Shown piece after piece: positions 39,268 through 48,258 of a DNA stretch of 64,000 nt. The notes beneath the pieces are model-generated. The model saw only the letters and a list, made by a program, of their open reading frames with translations, was not told the DNA's origin and did no database searches. A program made the translations under genes and the position numbers. The DNA comes from Porphyridium purpureum (taxonomy: Eukaryota), in contig VRMN01000013.1 in assembly GCA_008690995.1 (NCBI GenBank), forward strand, positions 186,001-250,000, in the 5' to 3' direction. Positions within the stretch are counted from its first letter, which is position 1, and each line of letters starts with the position of its first letter.

Positions 39268-40332
39268 ATGGATGTCGTGGCTGAGTGTGCGTGTTGCTGT
39301 GGCTGTTTACATTGTCATGGAACCGCTGGAAAGGATCCAAGCGGCGCACCTGCGTTTCTGCACGCTTTCTATGTACATACCTCCGCGCGAACACGGAAGC
39401 AATGTGCTGTCCGTGCGCGCCCTCGTGCTAGACAACGGGCAACGCAAAGGCACACGGTGATTGTGGTCCTGGATGGACCGGTGCAGAGGCAGGTGCAGGA
39501 TAATTCGCGCGCGTGCGCTGAAGGTGCACAAGATAGCCAGTGCACGCGGCGGTCGCTGCTTTCAAGCGGATCAAGGCTTGCTCTCGGAATGGTGGCGTTT
39601 GTCCAAACACAAGCTGCTGGCGTTGTCGCAGAAGAGCAGGCGTCTAGCGGCGTGGGCTTATTTCCGTTTTCGTGGAGAAAAAGGGCGTTTGCGTACGCCA
39701 TGGAGCATGACATGGATACTTATGAGAGCGCTATCGAGCCAGTCAAGTCGGCTCTCTTCTCAGCGCACCTGAAGGCTCTCGACGTCACGTCGTCAACGTT
39801 GCTTGAAATTGGGCTGGGGACTGGCGCCAACTTTGCTTACTATCCACGCGGTCTGCATGTTCTCGCTGTCGAGCCCAATGTGCACATGCGACAATACGCC
39901 GAGCCGCGCGCGCGGCGGCACGCTATTCATCTCACATACCTTGCCACGACTGCAGAGAATCTGCAGATTGTTCCGGATGCCAGTGTCGACGCCGTGGTGA
40001 GCACGCTCACACTATGCTCTGTGGACGATCCGCGTGCTGTTCTTAATCAAATAGCGCGCGTGCTCAAACCAGGCGGCCGCTTTCTCTTCATCGAGCACGT
40101 GTGTGCGGACCCGCAACAGCATCCATGGATGAACCTTGCACAGAGAGCGCTGGACCCTTTACAGCAGATCGTGGCCGACGGATGCCACTTGTGCCGCGGT
40201 ACGGGCGATCTTATTGCTGCCGAACGCTGCTTTGCTCGGGTTGACGTGTCGCGCTTCCAGGTACCAGGCAGCGCTCTTGGCCTCATCAGCCCGCACGTTT
40301 CCGGCGTGGCGTACAAGAAGGCTGAAGGTTAG
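39268..40332 (+). CDS. METTL7A-like class I SAM-dependent methyltransferase, probably plastid-targeted
   Basis: LEIGLGTGAN, VEPN.HM, VDAVVSTLTLCSV, RVLKPGGRFLFIEHV, DGCHL. The presequence contains RRSLL. Confidence 0.9.
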   Translation: MDVVAECACCCGCLHCHGTAGKDPSGAPAFLHAFYVHTSARTRKQCAVRARPRARQRATQRHTVIVVLDGPVQRQVQDNSRACAEGAQDSQCTRRSLLSSGSRLALGMVAFVQTQAAGVVAEEQASSGVGLFPFSWRKRAFAYAMEHDMDTYESAIEPVKSALFSAHLKALDVTSSTLLEIGLGTGANFAYYPRGLHVLAVEPNVHMRQYAEPRARRHAIHLTYLATTAENLQIVPDASVDAVVSTLTLCSVDDPRAVLNQIARVLKPGGRFLFIEHVCADPQQHPWMNLAQRALDPLQQIVADGCHLCRGTGDLIAAERCFARVDVSRFQVPGSALGLISPHVSGVAYKKAEG

Positions 40333-40404
40333 CCACAAAAAAAAAAAATTTCAGCTGAAAGCGGCTGCTGCAGACTCATCAAGCGGGACTCCATCCTATT
40401 CTTT

Positions 40405-42033
40405 TTAATCGTCCGAGTCTACATTAAAATTTCGTAGAGATGGTAGGCGCTGGACCTGTCTCTTCTTAGATTTTTGGCGGTCCAGCTTTCCACTGCCTTT
40501 CCCAGCGGATGCCATCAAGCTGTGCAACGAGCTGAGCACCTTCTTGGGCAGTTTCTCGCCTGATTTCTTTTTCGCACTGGAGGAGACACGCGAGGCATCA
40601 TCGTCGACTGAAACGTCCGACACGCCTTTCGTCACGGCATGTGAGCCGCCGGACAGCACCGAGTCGTCGCTAAGCCTCGACTTTATCTTTCTCGGACTGG
40701 CACTGCGTCGCGCACCCGAGCTTGAATCGAGCGGGCTCTTGCCGTTCCATCTTTGACTCGCTACCTGCGGCGATCTGGATCCCTCATCCAAAGAGGTGGG
40801 CGACAAGAATGGATCGGTTGCCTTGAATGATGAAATGTAATTCGCGAACTGCACCGCAAACGCAACCGACCGGAGCCGAGATAATGGGTTTGTCCTCCGT
40901 ACCATGTCCAATGCCGGTAGCGCCACCTCTTCCGAGAACCATTCATGATTAAGTGCGCCCAGCGCAGACAGCCGCTTGAATTGGTTCTTGTGCAATAATC
41001 CAAGGAGCAACGACTTGCCACTGTTTGAAAGATTGACGATTTTGCGATCCTGCATGTCGACAGGCGCCTCGCATACATTCTTTAGCAGCTCAGCTTCCGT
41101 GGCACCGGCAAATGGCTTGCGTCCTGTCAGGAGCTCGAACATGATCACACCGGCCGACCACACGTCACAGCCGCATCCATAGGGCTTTTGCCGAATGACT
41201 TCGGGCGCGGCGTACTCGTTCGTACCCACAAAGGATGACATATTGCCCCAGTCCGTGCCTTCATCGAAAAATCTTCCCAGACCAAAATCAGCAAGCTTTA
41301 TCCTTGCGGGCCAGCGCTCACGCGTGCAGAACAAATTTTCTGGCTTGACGTCGCGGTGCACGACCAGGCGCTCGTGGCAAAACTTGAGTGACGTGAGCAG
41401 GTCGTGCATAATTTGCATGGTTTCGCGCTCGTTGAACGTGCCCTTGTCTGTTTGCATGTCAAACAGATCCTTCATCATGTACTCGAGTACCACGTACAGG
41501 TACTCCTTATCCTCAAACACATCTACCATTTGCACCACGTTGGGATGACCGCTCACGCGCTGGTGACAGCTCACTTCTCTCCGAATCAGCTTGATCTCCT
41601 CCGCGTCTGCCCGCTGCTTGGAGACTAGCTTGACCGCGAAAACCTGCTTGTCCGACGCGCGGTAGCACATCTTCACGGTGGCAAACGTGCCTTCGCCGAT
41701 TACCATTCCTTGGGAGAAATGCTTTTCAAAATGTCGATCCTTTGCGACATCAAGTGCGGAAAACCATTGGTTGTGTTCATTGCTGTTGTCACAGTGCAAC
41801 GTGCACGAGAATTCCTTTCCTACACTCGTGACGACGAGCTCCAGCGGCTTGCCACCCGCGCGCACATTGCCGACGACAAACTCGCGGTCCACTTTCTTGG
41901 ATGCCGGCGTCTTGGAAACGACCATCAACGAGCCGTGCAATGCGACGTACCGCTCCAACTTGCGCCCCGCACCACCCTGCACCACCTTGAGCGTGCCCTC
42001 CAGTATCTGATACTCGCATGGCTCATCCCCCAT
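40405..42033 (-). CDS. PH-domain CaMK-family Ser/Thr protein kinase (paralogue of 3333-4997)
   Basis: PH domain (LEGTLK...RYVALHG...QWFSAL); GEGTFATV, HRDVKPEN, WPARIKLADFG, GTNEYAAPE. Confidence 0.92.
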   Translation of the reverse strand: MGDEPCEYQILEGTLKVVQGGAGRKLERYVALHGSLMVVSKTPASKKVDREFVVGNVRAGGKPLELVVTSVGKEFSCTLHCDNSNEHNQWFSALDVAKDRHFEKHFSQGMVIGEGTFATVKMCYRASDKQVFAVKLVSKQRADAEEIKLIRREVSCHQRVSGHPNVVQMVDVFEDKEYLYVVLEYMMKDLFDMQTDKGTFNERETMQIMHDLLTSLKFCHERLVVHRDVKPENLFCTRERWPARIKLADFGLGRFFDEGTDWGNMSSFVGTNEYAAPEVIRQKPYGCGCDVWSAGVIMFELLTGRKPFAGATEAELLKNVCEAPVDMQDRKIVNLSNSGKSLLLGLLHKNQFKRLSALGALNHEWFSEEVALPALDMVRRTNPLSRLRSVAFAVQFANYISSFKATDPFLSPTSLDEGSRSPQVASQRWNGKSPLDSSSGARRSASPRKIKSRLSDDSVLSGGSHAVTKGVSDVSVDDDASRVSSSAKKKSGEKLPKKVLSSLHSLMASAGKGSGKLDRQKSKKRQVQRLPSLRNFNVDSDD

Positions 42034-42744
42034 GGCGATGGGGCACGTACCAGTACGATGCCAATCCCTTTATCACCAGCGCTTCAGCCGCACAAACGGA
42101 ATCGCCCTCCCCGGTTTCCTCCTCCCCCCGAACACTTACAGACAAACCCGCACCGTGTGCTCGGAACCGCACAACCGCCTGCCGCTGCCGACTCACAGAC
42201 AGCCACGCGCGGCGCGGATTGATGATTGCGTGTGTGTCTGTGTGTGAATGGCGGGAGGACGCGCGCACCGCCACGCCCGGCAACCCTGACGCAAGAGCCT
42301 CCTCAGTCGCGGCAAGCCGACACCAACGCACACACGCGCTCAAACAGCGCCACTCGACTTCATGGCCTTCGCGAGAACACGCGCTCGAACCGACTCCTCG
42401 ATGAAACGGTCACGCCACTGTACTCATACTGTACACACTGTACATTCGTGCTCACAACTAATTAATCTCATGATTAACAAGGGCGGTTTAAAAAATGGAG
42501 GATGGGATTTGGGGTTGTGCGACGTGGGATGATTGAGGCCGTGTCGCTGGTAAGAAGCTGTGGAGGGGTTTGATCGCTGACTGCTTGATCTTGTCTGCGC
42601 ACCCGCGCCGCGTCTGCATCGGCACCTGCATCTGCGCAAGCATAGGCACCGCGTCGTACTGCGTTGGACTGCGTTGGACTGCGTTGTAGGGCGAGGAACA
42701 AGGTTGTGAGGTACGCGTGTGTGGTGGGGTTTTGTCAGGGAAAG

Positions 42745-43083
42745 ATGGTGATGCGAATTGCGATGACGCTCGATATCGCGCCGGACGATTTGGCTCCGTA
42801 TATGGAGGCGCATAAGCAGGTGCCCGAGGAGGTGCAGCACGCACTGACAAGCGTGGGCATCCGCAACTTGTCGCTGTGGGTGTGGAACGAATCGCGGATG
42901 TTTTACTACGCAGAGTACGTCGGCAGCGAGCCATTTGAGGACGCCATGGCAAGATACGCAAAGATGCCGGGTGTCAAGGAGTGGGAGCAGCGTATGCACA
43001 AGTATCAGAAAAAGCTGCCCGGTACCCCGGAGGACAGTGACGTGTGGTGGCAGCCCATGATCAACATCGTGCATCAGGATTAG
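42745..43083 (+). CDS. rhaM: L-rhamnose mutarotase family protein
   Basis: 112 aa; Y..AH..V..EV...L...GIRNLSLW, W...M..YQ, WWQPM..I.HQD. Confidence 0.8.
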   Translation: MVMRIAMTLDIAPDDLAPYMEAHKQVPEEVQHALTSVGIRNLSLWVWNESRMFYYAEYVGSEPFEDAMARYAKMPGVKEWEQRMHKYQKKLPGTPEDSDVWWQPMINIVHQD

Positions 43084-43177
43084 TAGGCCCGCAGGGGTGA
43101 GCGCACGCCAAAAGAACTTCAGAGAAAAAAAAACCAACAGAGCCTTTCTTGACGTCTCCATCCCCTCTGTCTCCTAG

Positions 43178-44197
43178 TTACTTTTCCAATGCCGACTTGA
43201 TTGAAATCTGCGCGGCCAATTGCTGCTGCGCAGCGTCCAGCAACTCCTTCTGCTTGCGCAGCCGCTTTTCCGTATCCCTCGTCTGGAGGAGAATTTGCTG
43301 TTCCTCAGTGGGCATGTCCAGAATCGACCCAATCCCAAACGAGAAATCTTCCAACTTCTTGAATTGCTCTTCAGTTGAGCCCGTCATATTCTCCTCCACG
43401 GGCGCCAGCTTCTTGAGTTCGTCGCTGACGTCCAACCCCTTGTTATACAGCTTGTTCGAAAGGCGCAGCACTTCCTGCAGTGACTGCCAGACGCCGGCGC
43501 CGGCCTGGCGGATATCGTTCCGTGGTGGCTCGTCCTGAAAGTACTCGACCAACGCGGTGATGTACGGCGCCTCCTGCAGCACCTTGATAATACGGAAGCG
43601 CTGCTGGCCCTGATTGATCACAAGCATTCGGCCGTCATCCTGGAGCTGAACCTTCTGACACTCAGCGCTACACCCAACTCTTGCCATGCGCTTCCTGCTA
43701 CTGTCGTACATCACGATGCCAAACATGTTATCCTTTTCTCGGATCTGGCCAAACATGCGGCGGTAGCGCATCTCAAAGATGTGCAGAGGCACGAGCGCTT
43801 TTGGGTACAGCACAAGCCCCAGTGGGAACAACGGCAGCTCGACGAGTCTCCCGGTAGGTAGACCCGTGACAGAACTGGGCATCTCTTTCTCGCCACCGAT
43901 CGCTTCCATAAACTCAATGTCCTCTGGGCGCATTCCCGGTTCGCCAAACAGCCGCCCGTCGCCTCGGGCGTCATCTCGCTCACTGTCCTCCTTCTCACCC
44001 TCATCCTGCCCATCCTCACTGCTCATACACAGCGCACCTGCGCCACGGAAACACGCACGCGACCGAGCACGAGTCTGGCTGGCCAGCGCGCGACGCGCCA
44101 CTGTTCTGCTCGTGCCACGCACACACACCACTGCTCCACCGCACGCGTGCTCAGTGCGCGACGGCGCAGACAGCACCGCGAATCCTAGCGGCGACAT
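43178..44197 (-). CDS. Stand-alone Lon substrate-binding (LON_N) domain protein, plastid-targeted
   Basis: Transit peptide; ELPLFPL.LVLYP...PLHIFEMRYRRM, DGRM, GQQRFRI, EQQILLQ...RL. No AAA or protease domain. Confidence 0.9.
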   Translation of the reverse strand: MSPLGFAVLSAPSRTEHACGGAVVCVRGTSRTVARRALASQTRARSRACFRGAGALCMSSEDGQDEGEKEDSERDDARGDGRLFGEPGMRPEDIEFMEAIGGEKEMPSSVTGLPTGRLVELPLFPLGLVLYPKALVPLHIFEMRYRRMFGQIREKDNMFGIVMYDSSRKRMARVGCSAECQKVQLQDDGRMLVINQGQQRFRIIKVLQEAPYITALVEYFQDEPPRNDIRQAGAGVWQSLQEVLRLSNKLYNKGLDVSDELKKLAPVEENMTGSTEEQFKKLEDFSFGIGSILDMPTEEQQILLQTRDTEKRLRKQKELLDAAQQQLAAQISIKSALEK

Positions 44198-44452
44198 GCC
44201 GACCCTGACTTTGCGAACAACTCCAAGTATCCCAAGAAAACCACAAACACACTCACATCAACCTTCGCACCACCTTTGCCCCCCAACCTCGACCCCTCCA
44301 CCCGAACAGCCGCGCATCCAAAGCAGGAAAAAGCCACGGTCAACTGTACACTACTAAATACCATGAGCTGTACACGATAGATTGCTGAACCCCCTTGACA
44401 TCACAAGTGTACCTCGCAACATTGGATGAAAGTAGAGAATATTGCAAAGAGG

Positions 44453-44458
44453 TATATA
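44453..44458 (+). promoter_or_regulatory. TATA-like element about 30 bp upstream of the 5S rRNA gene
   Basis: TATATA positioned at -32 to -27 of the inferred 5S start. Confidence 0.6.
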
Positions 44459-44484
44459 GATTTTAAATTTGCTTCCTTCTCTCA

Positions 44485-44604
44485 ACCTGCGCTCATAGCA
44501 GCTGGACATGCGCCCCTTCCCATCTCGCACAGGGAAGCTAAGTCCGCTAGCGCCCGGGTAGTACTGAGGTGAGGGATCACTCGGGAATTCCGGGTGGCGC
44601 AGGT
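44485..44604 (+). rRNA. 5S rRNA
   Basis: 120 nt. The 5' end ACCTGCGC pairs with the 3' end GCGCAGGT (helix I). Conserved GAAGCTAAG (box A), TAGTACT (loop E) and GGGAAT.CCGGGTG. Followed by an oligo-T tract. Confidence 0.93.
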
Positions 44605-44605
44605 A

Positions 44606-44614
44606 TTTTCTTTT
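44606..44614 (+). terminator. RNA polymerase III terminator
   Basis: TTTTCTTTT immediately after the 5S gene. Confidence 0.8.
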
Positions 44615-44956
44615 GCTTGCCTTTCCTTTTTGCCATCTTGCTCGCACCCTTCCGTCCTGCATTCCCTAGTTGCTGCCGCCGTTCTCTGCTCGCGGCGTGG
44701 TTTTCCGCGCCACTGCACCTCTGCTCCGCCTACCATGTCGGTCTTCTCGCACCGGTCATTTGGCGGGTAGCAAGTGCAGCCCGTCGCTTCGTCAGAATGT
44801 CGCATGTTCAATGCGCGCGCTCGCGCGTTCGCGTCTCTCGAACAAGCTGATCGCTGACTTGGTCAAGAATCGGCTGGGCATTTGTGGTCGCCGTTTCTCA
44901 TCGTGGCCTGCTGCTTTGCGCGCTCGCGGGCATCGGTTGCGTGGCGTGTAGTAGGG

Positions 44957-46750
44957 ATGGAAGGCGGCTTTGAAGTGAAAGTGCTGGGTGGCGGGCTAGA
45001 ATCGGGCCGCAGCTGCGTGCTGGTTCGAATACTTGTGCCGCACTCGCGGCATGATGATGGTGACGATGGTGACGATGCCTCCATGACGCCACAGCCGCTT
45101 GGCAGCGCGTGTGTCATGCTGGACTGCGGCATTGTCCCGGCGCTTGTGAATGATGTCGCGTGGGAGGCCATGGGCCCGGACTTTAGCTCGCTGCAGGCAT
45201 TGCACAAAGAGAACCAACGCCAAACGTGCGTATCGGCGATCATCGTGTCACACGCACACGTAGACCACATCGGTGCGTTGCTGTACTTTGTGGAGCGCTT
45301 CGACTACCGCGGCCCTATCTACATGACCCAGGCCTCGCGCAATCTCCTGCCACATGTGCTGAGTGACATGGTTGCTCAGCGCCGGAACAGAATCAGCGAG
45401 CAAGCGGACCCCTTTGCCGCAGCGTTCTCGCGTGAGACGCTCGACCGTGTGACCGGTGAGCTGGTGCAAACGGTGGAATTTGGCAAGGTCTTTGAGGCGC
45501 TACCGACGCACCATGTATTTTGCAGACTTTTGCCATCCGGGCACCTGTCGGGTGCCGCGATGGTCCATTTGTACTCTCCGCACGCGAGCTTGCTGTTCTC
45601 GGGCGACTTGAATCTCAACCCAGAGCGTCATATCCAGGCCGCCGACGTTGCTTCACTTGCTTCGTTCACCATGCGCGTACCAGACCTTCTGCTGTGCGAA
45701 TGTACAAACGGCTCGACATACAGAGAGAGCGGGCGTCAGCAGGTCGAGCTTCATCTCCAAGAAAAAGTGGTCACCGCTCTGGACGCTGGGGGGTCTGTTC
45801 TAGTGGCGGCGCCGGCAATTGGCCGGATGCATGAGCTCGCGCTTTCTTTTGAGTTCATGCTGCGCGACCGGCCGGACGTGTGTATTTTCGTGAGCAGCTC
45901 GCTTGCGTGGGAAAGCATGCAAAGTGCTTGTGCCGGTTCAGCCTCACCTGCGCCACTGCGCGCGCGAGCACCTTCCTCCAAAGACCGCGAGCGGCTGCTG
46001 GCGGGGATTACCGCACCGTGCATATTCATTGCGAGCTCGTCAAGCATGTACAAGGGCTTTGGATCGGCGATCACCAAACTTTGGGCGCCGCGCGCAAGCA
46101 CTCTCTTTGTGATGTGTGGCACGACACTTGCGGAGGTCCTACTAGATGACTCTCGCTCGGCACGGGGAATTCCTGCAGAGCCCATGCGCGCGCAGGTCAT
46201 GCAGCTCGAGATGAGCGCTCATGCCGACGCCGCCGAGCTGTTGCAATTTTGCCTGATGTCGAGCGCGAGGCATATTGCACTTGTTCATGGCAGCGAGTCT
46301 CGCATGCGTCAATTTGCTGAAGCACTGACCACATTCCTGCACGAACGAAGCGTCCGCGTCGAAACGCTGGCCAACGGCGAGTCGATTCGAGTGCCGCGCC
46401 TCATGAGCTCAGCGGACGCATTGCAGGAAGTGGACATCTCGCAGCTCGGCGCCCAGAGTCCATGCACAATATCGCGCGTGCAGCGCGTTCTTGCAGAAGT
46501 GGAGAAAGACTACTACTGTGCGTTCAACATGATCTGGCCGCGTCATGACAGAGGTGCTCTCATCGCGCGCAGCCACTCACTTGAAATACGCTGGAACCTG
46601 GTTGAAGCAACGCAGGATGCCGCTTCGGAGACATCCACGTTGACGGCGTGGGATGCAGACGGTGTGCATCAGCTGCTGACATTGCGCGCCATCCAGTGGA
46701 CCGAGCCAGACCAGACTTTGGCGCAGGCCTGCCTCGAGCGTCTCCTCTGA
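44957..46750 (+). CDS. INTS11: Metallo-beta-lactamase/beta-CASP nuclease, Integrator subunit 11 / CPSF73-II-like
   Basis: LGGG.E.GRSC, MLDCG, SHAHVDHIGAL..F....YRGPIYMT, GH.SGAAM, SGD, SAHAD, LVHG. Confidence 0.75.
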   Translation: MEGGFEVKVLGGGLESGRSCVLVRILVPHSRHDDGDDGDDASMTPQPLGSACVMLDCGIVPALVNDVAWEAMGPDFSSLQALHKENQRQTCVSAIIVSHAHVDHIGALLYFVERFDYRGPIYMTQASRNLLPHVLSDMVAQRRNRISEQADPFAAAFSRETLDRVTGELVQTVEFGKVFEALPTHHVFCRLLPSGHLSGAAMVHLYSPHASLLFSGDLNLNPERHIQAADVASLASFTMRVPDLLLCECTNGSTYRESGRQQVELHLQEKVVTALDAGGSVLVAAPAIGRMHELALSFEFMLRDRPDVCIFVSSSLAWESMQSACAGSASPAPLRARAPSSKDRERLLAGITAPCIFIASSSSMYKGFGSAITKLWAPRASTLFVMCGTTLAEVLLDDSRSARGIPAEPMRAQVMQLEMSAHADAAELLQFCLMSSARHIALVHGSESRMRQFAEALTTFLHERSVRVETLANGESIRVPRLMSSADALQEVDISQLGAQSPCTISRVQRVLAEVEKDYYCAFNMIWPRHDRGALIARSHSLEIRWNLVEATQDAASETSTLTAWDADGVHQLLTLRAIQWTEPDQTLAQACLERLL

Positions 46751-46884
46751 GCGGTTGCGGCTGAGTGCACACTCGTGGTGTACAGTGGGTGTACAGCCCC
46801 GCCTGTTGGGTCTCGGCCGTCGAGCGCGTGTGTGCGTGCGACCGCGCAACTGCGGGGTTGACGGGAAACGGGGAAGACCACGCC

Positions 46885-47976
46885 ATGGGAACTCTTCCTG
46901 CGCGCGGTGCTCCGCGAAAAGGCGCCGCGGCAACTGTGGCAACTGTGTGGAGCCAGCCAGACAACCTACTTTTCGATGCGATTGAAAGGTTGATTCCTGC
47001 CACGGTGTTGGCCATTGAAAGAACCGAGGTCCAGCAGGCGAGCGTTCGCTCCAAGGCGGAGAAGAAGAACATCAAGACGAAGGAGAAGGCGAAGAAGAGC
47101 AAGCAGAAGGACACTGCGGCGGAGGTCAAAGTGAGTGAAGAAGAATCTGGGACCAGCGATGACGTACAGGCAGATGCGGGTGTGGGAAATGCCCCCGCGA
47201 AGCGGCCTGAAGCGCTTAGAGTCAAAGAAAAGACGGCCAAGCAGAGCGTGCCGAGTCAGCCGCGGCCGAATCGTGATCCTGGACTGGAGCTGAAGATCCA
47301 GGGCAAACTCGAAGCCATGAAGGTCGAACGGTCGGCAAAGAGCGAGCACAAACGCGAGAAGCGAGATCGGATACGAGAGCTCAAGAAGCAGCCACGCAAG
47401 CCAGCCGCGGTAAAGCCGGCAGTACAATCTAAGCAGGGGGAAACGGTTCGAGCCTCGGCTGCTGCGGCGAGTGAAAAGGAGGAGAAGAACGCGGAGCGTG
47501 TGGTGCAAGAGGATATTCCGGAGCTCGAATTTAATGTGTCTGGCCTAGACCAGGCCAAACGCCGTCGCGTTGTGAAGAAGCGGGACTTGCCCGGACTCAT
47601 TGAGAGAGCCGAGCGCAAGCAGGCGCGACTGCAAGAGGGTGGGGACGACGTGCTCGCGGCAAAGGTGAACAAGGCGATTAAAAAGGCCGGCGGAGAGAAA
47701 CTGCTCGATGATCCGAAGCTGCTGAAACGCACGCTGAAGAACCAGGAGCGGCAAAAACGCAAGAGCGAGCGCGAGTGGGGCAAGCGTCTGGCGGAGCAGA
47801 AGGCGCAGCAGAAAGATCGCGTTGCGAAACGCGAGGCGAACATCCAGAAGCGGGTTGCGTCAATCAAGGCCAAGAAGTCGGGCACGGGCGGCGCAAAACC
47901 CAAGAAGGCGATCTCCAAGTCGAGCAAGTCCAAAGGAGGGGCGAAGTCGAAGAAATCGGCGCGCAAGAGACACTAG
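46885..47976 (+). CDS. SURF6: Surfeit locus protein 6 / Rrp14-like nucleolar protein
   Basis: Very basic; KAGGEKLLDDPKLLKRTLK...KRKSEREW..R...KREANIQKR. Confidence 0.88.
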   Translation: MGTLPARGAPRKGAAATVATVWSQPDNLLFDAIERLIPATVLAIERTEVQQASVRSKAEKKNIKTKEKAKKSKQKDTAAEVKVSEEESGTSDDVQADAGVGNAPAKRPEALRVKEKTAKQSVPSQPRPNRDPGLELKIQGKLEAMKVERSAKSEHKREKRDRIRELKKQPRKPAAVKPAVQSKQGETVRASAAAASEKEEKNAERVVQEDIPELEFNVSGLDQAKRRRVVKKRDLPGLIERAERKQARLQEGGDDVLAAKVNKAIKKAGGEKLLDDPKLLKRTLKNQERQKRKSEREWGKRLAEQKAQQKDRVAKREANIQKRVASIKAKKSGTGGAKPKKAISKSSKSKGGAKSKKSARKRH

Positions 47977-48258
47977 CGCGTGCGGCTGCGGCGCGAGCAG
48001 GTGACGGCGCGCGGTGCGCTGCGACCTCGTTCCGGCCCCGAAGCAGGTGGACAGGGTACAGTCCGCGTGTTCTGTGGCGGTACAGTTCAAAACGGCGTGG
48101 CGGCGCGTGGGGAAAAATCTGGCGCGTGCGCGCGGCGGCGGCGGGGAGGCGATGTGCCGGTGTGGCGCGGTTGGAAAGGCGTGGAAAGAGGGGCGTGGGA
48201 GCTGCGAACGGAGCGCGGATTGCGGATCACGGAGCGCAGCGGCTGCGGCACGGCGGTG

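Noticed and set aside
42659..42687. CTGCGTTGGA x3 short tandem repeat upstream of rhaM
   Set aside because: A simple minisatellite in a 5' region, with no evidence of function.
22765..47976. Ribosome-biogenesis 'cluster' (ACL4, fibrillarin, 5S, SURF6)
   Set aside because: The genes are interspersed with unrelated ones over 25 kb, which is compatible with chance in a compact genome.
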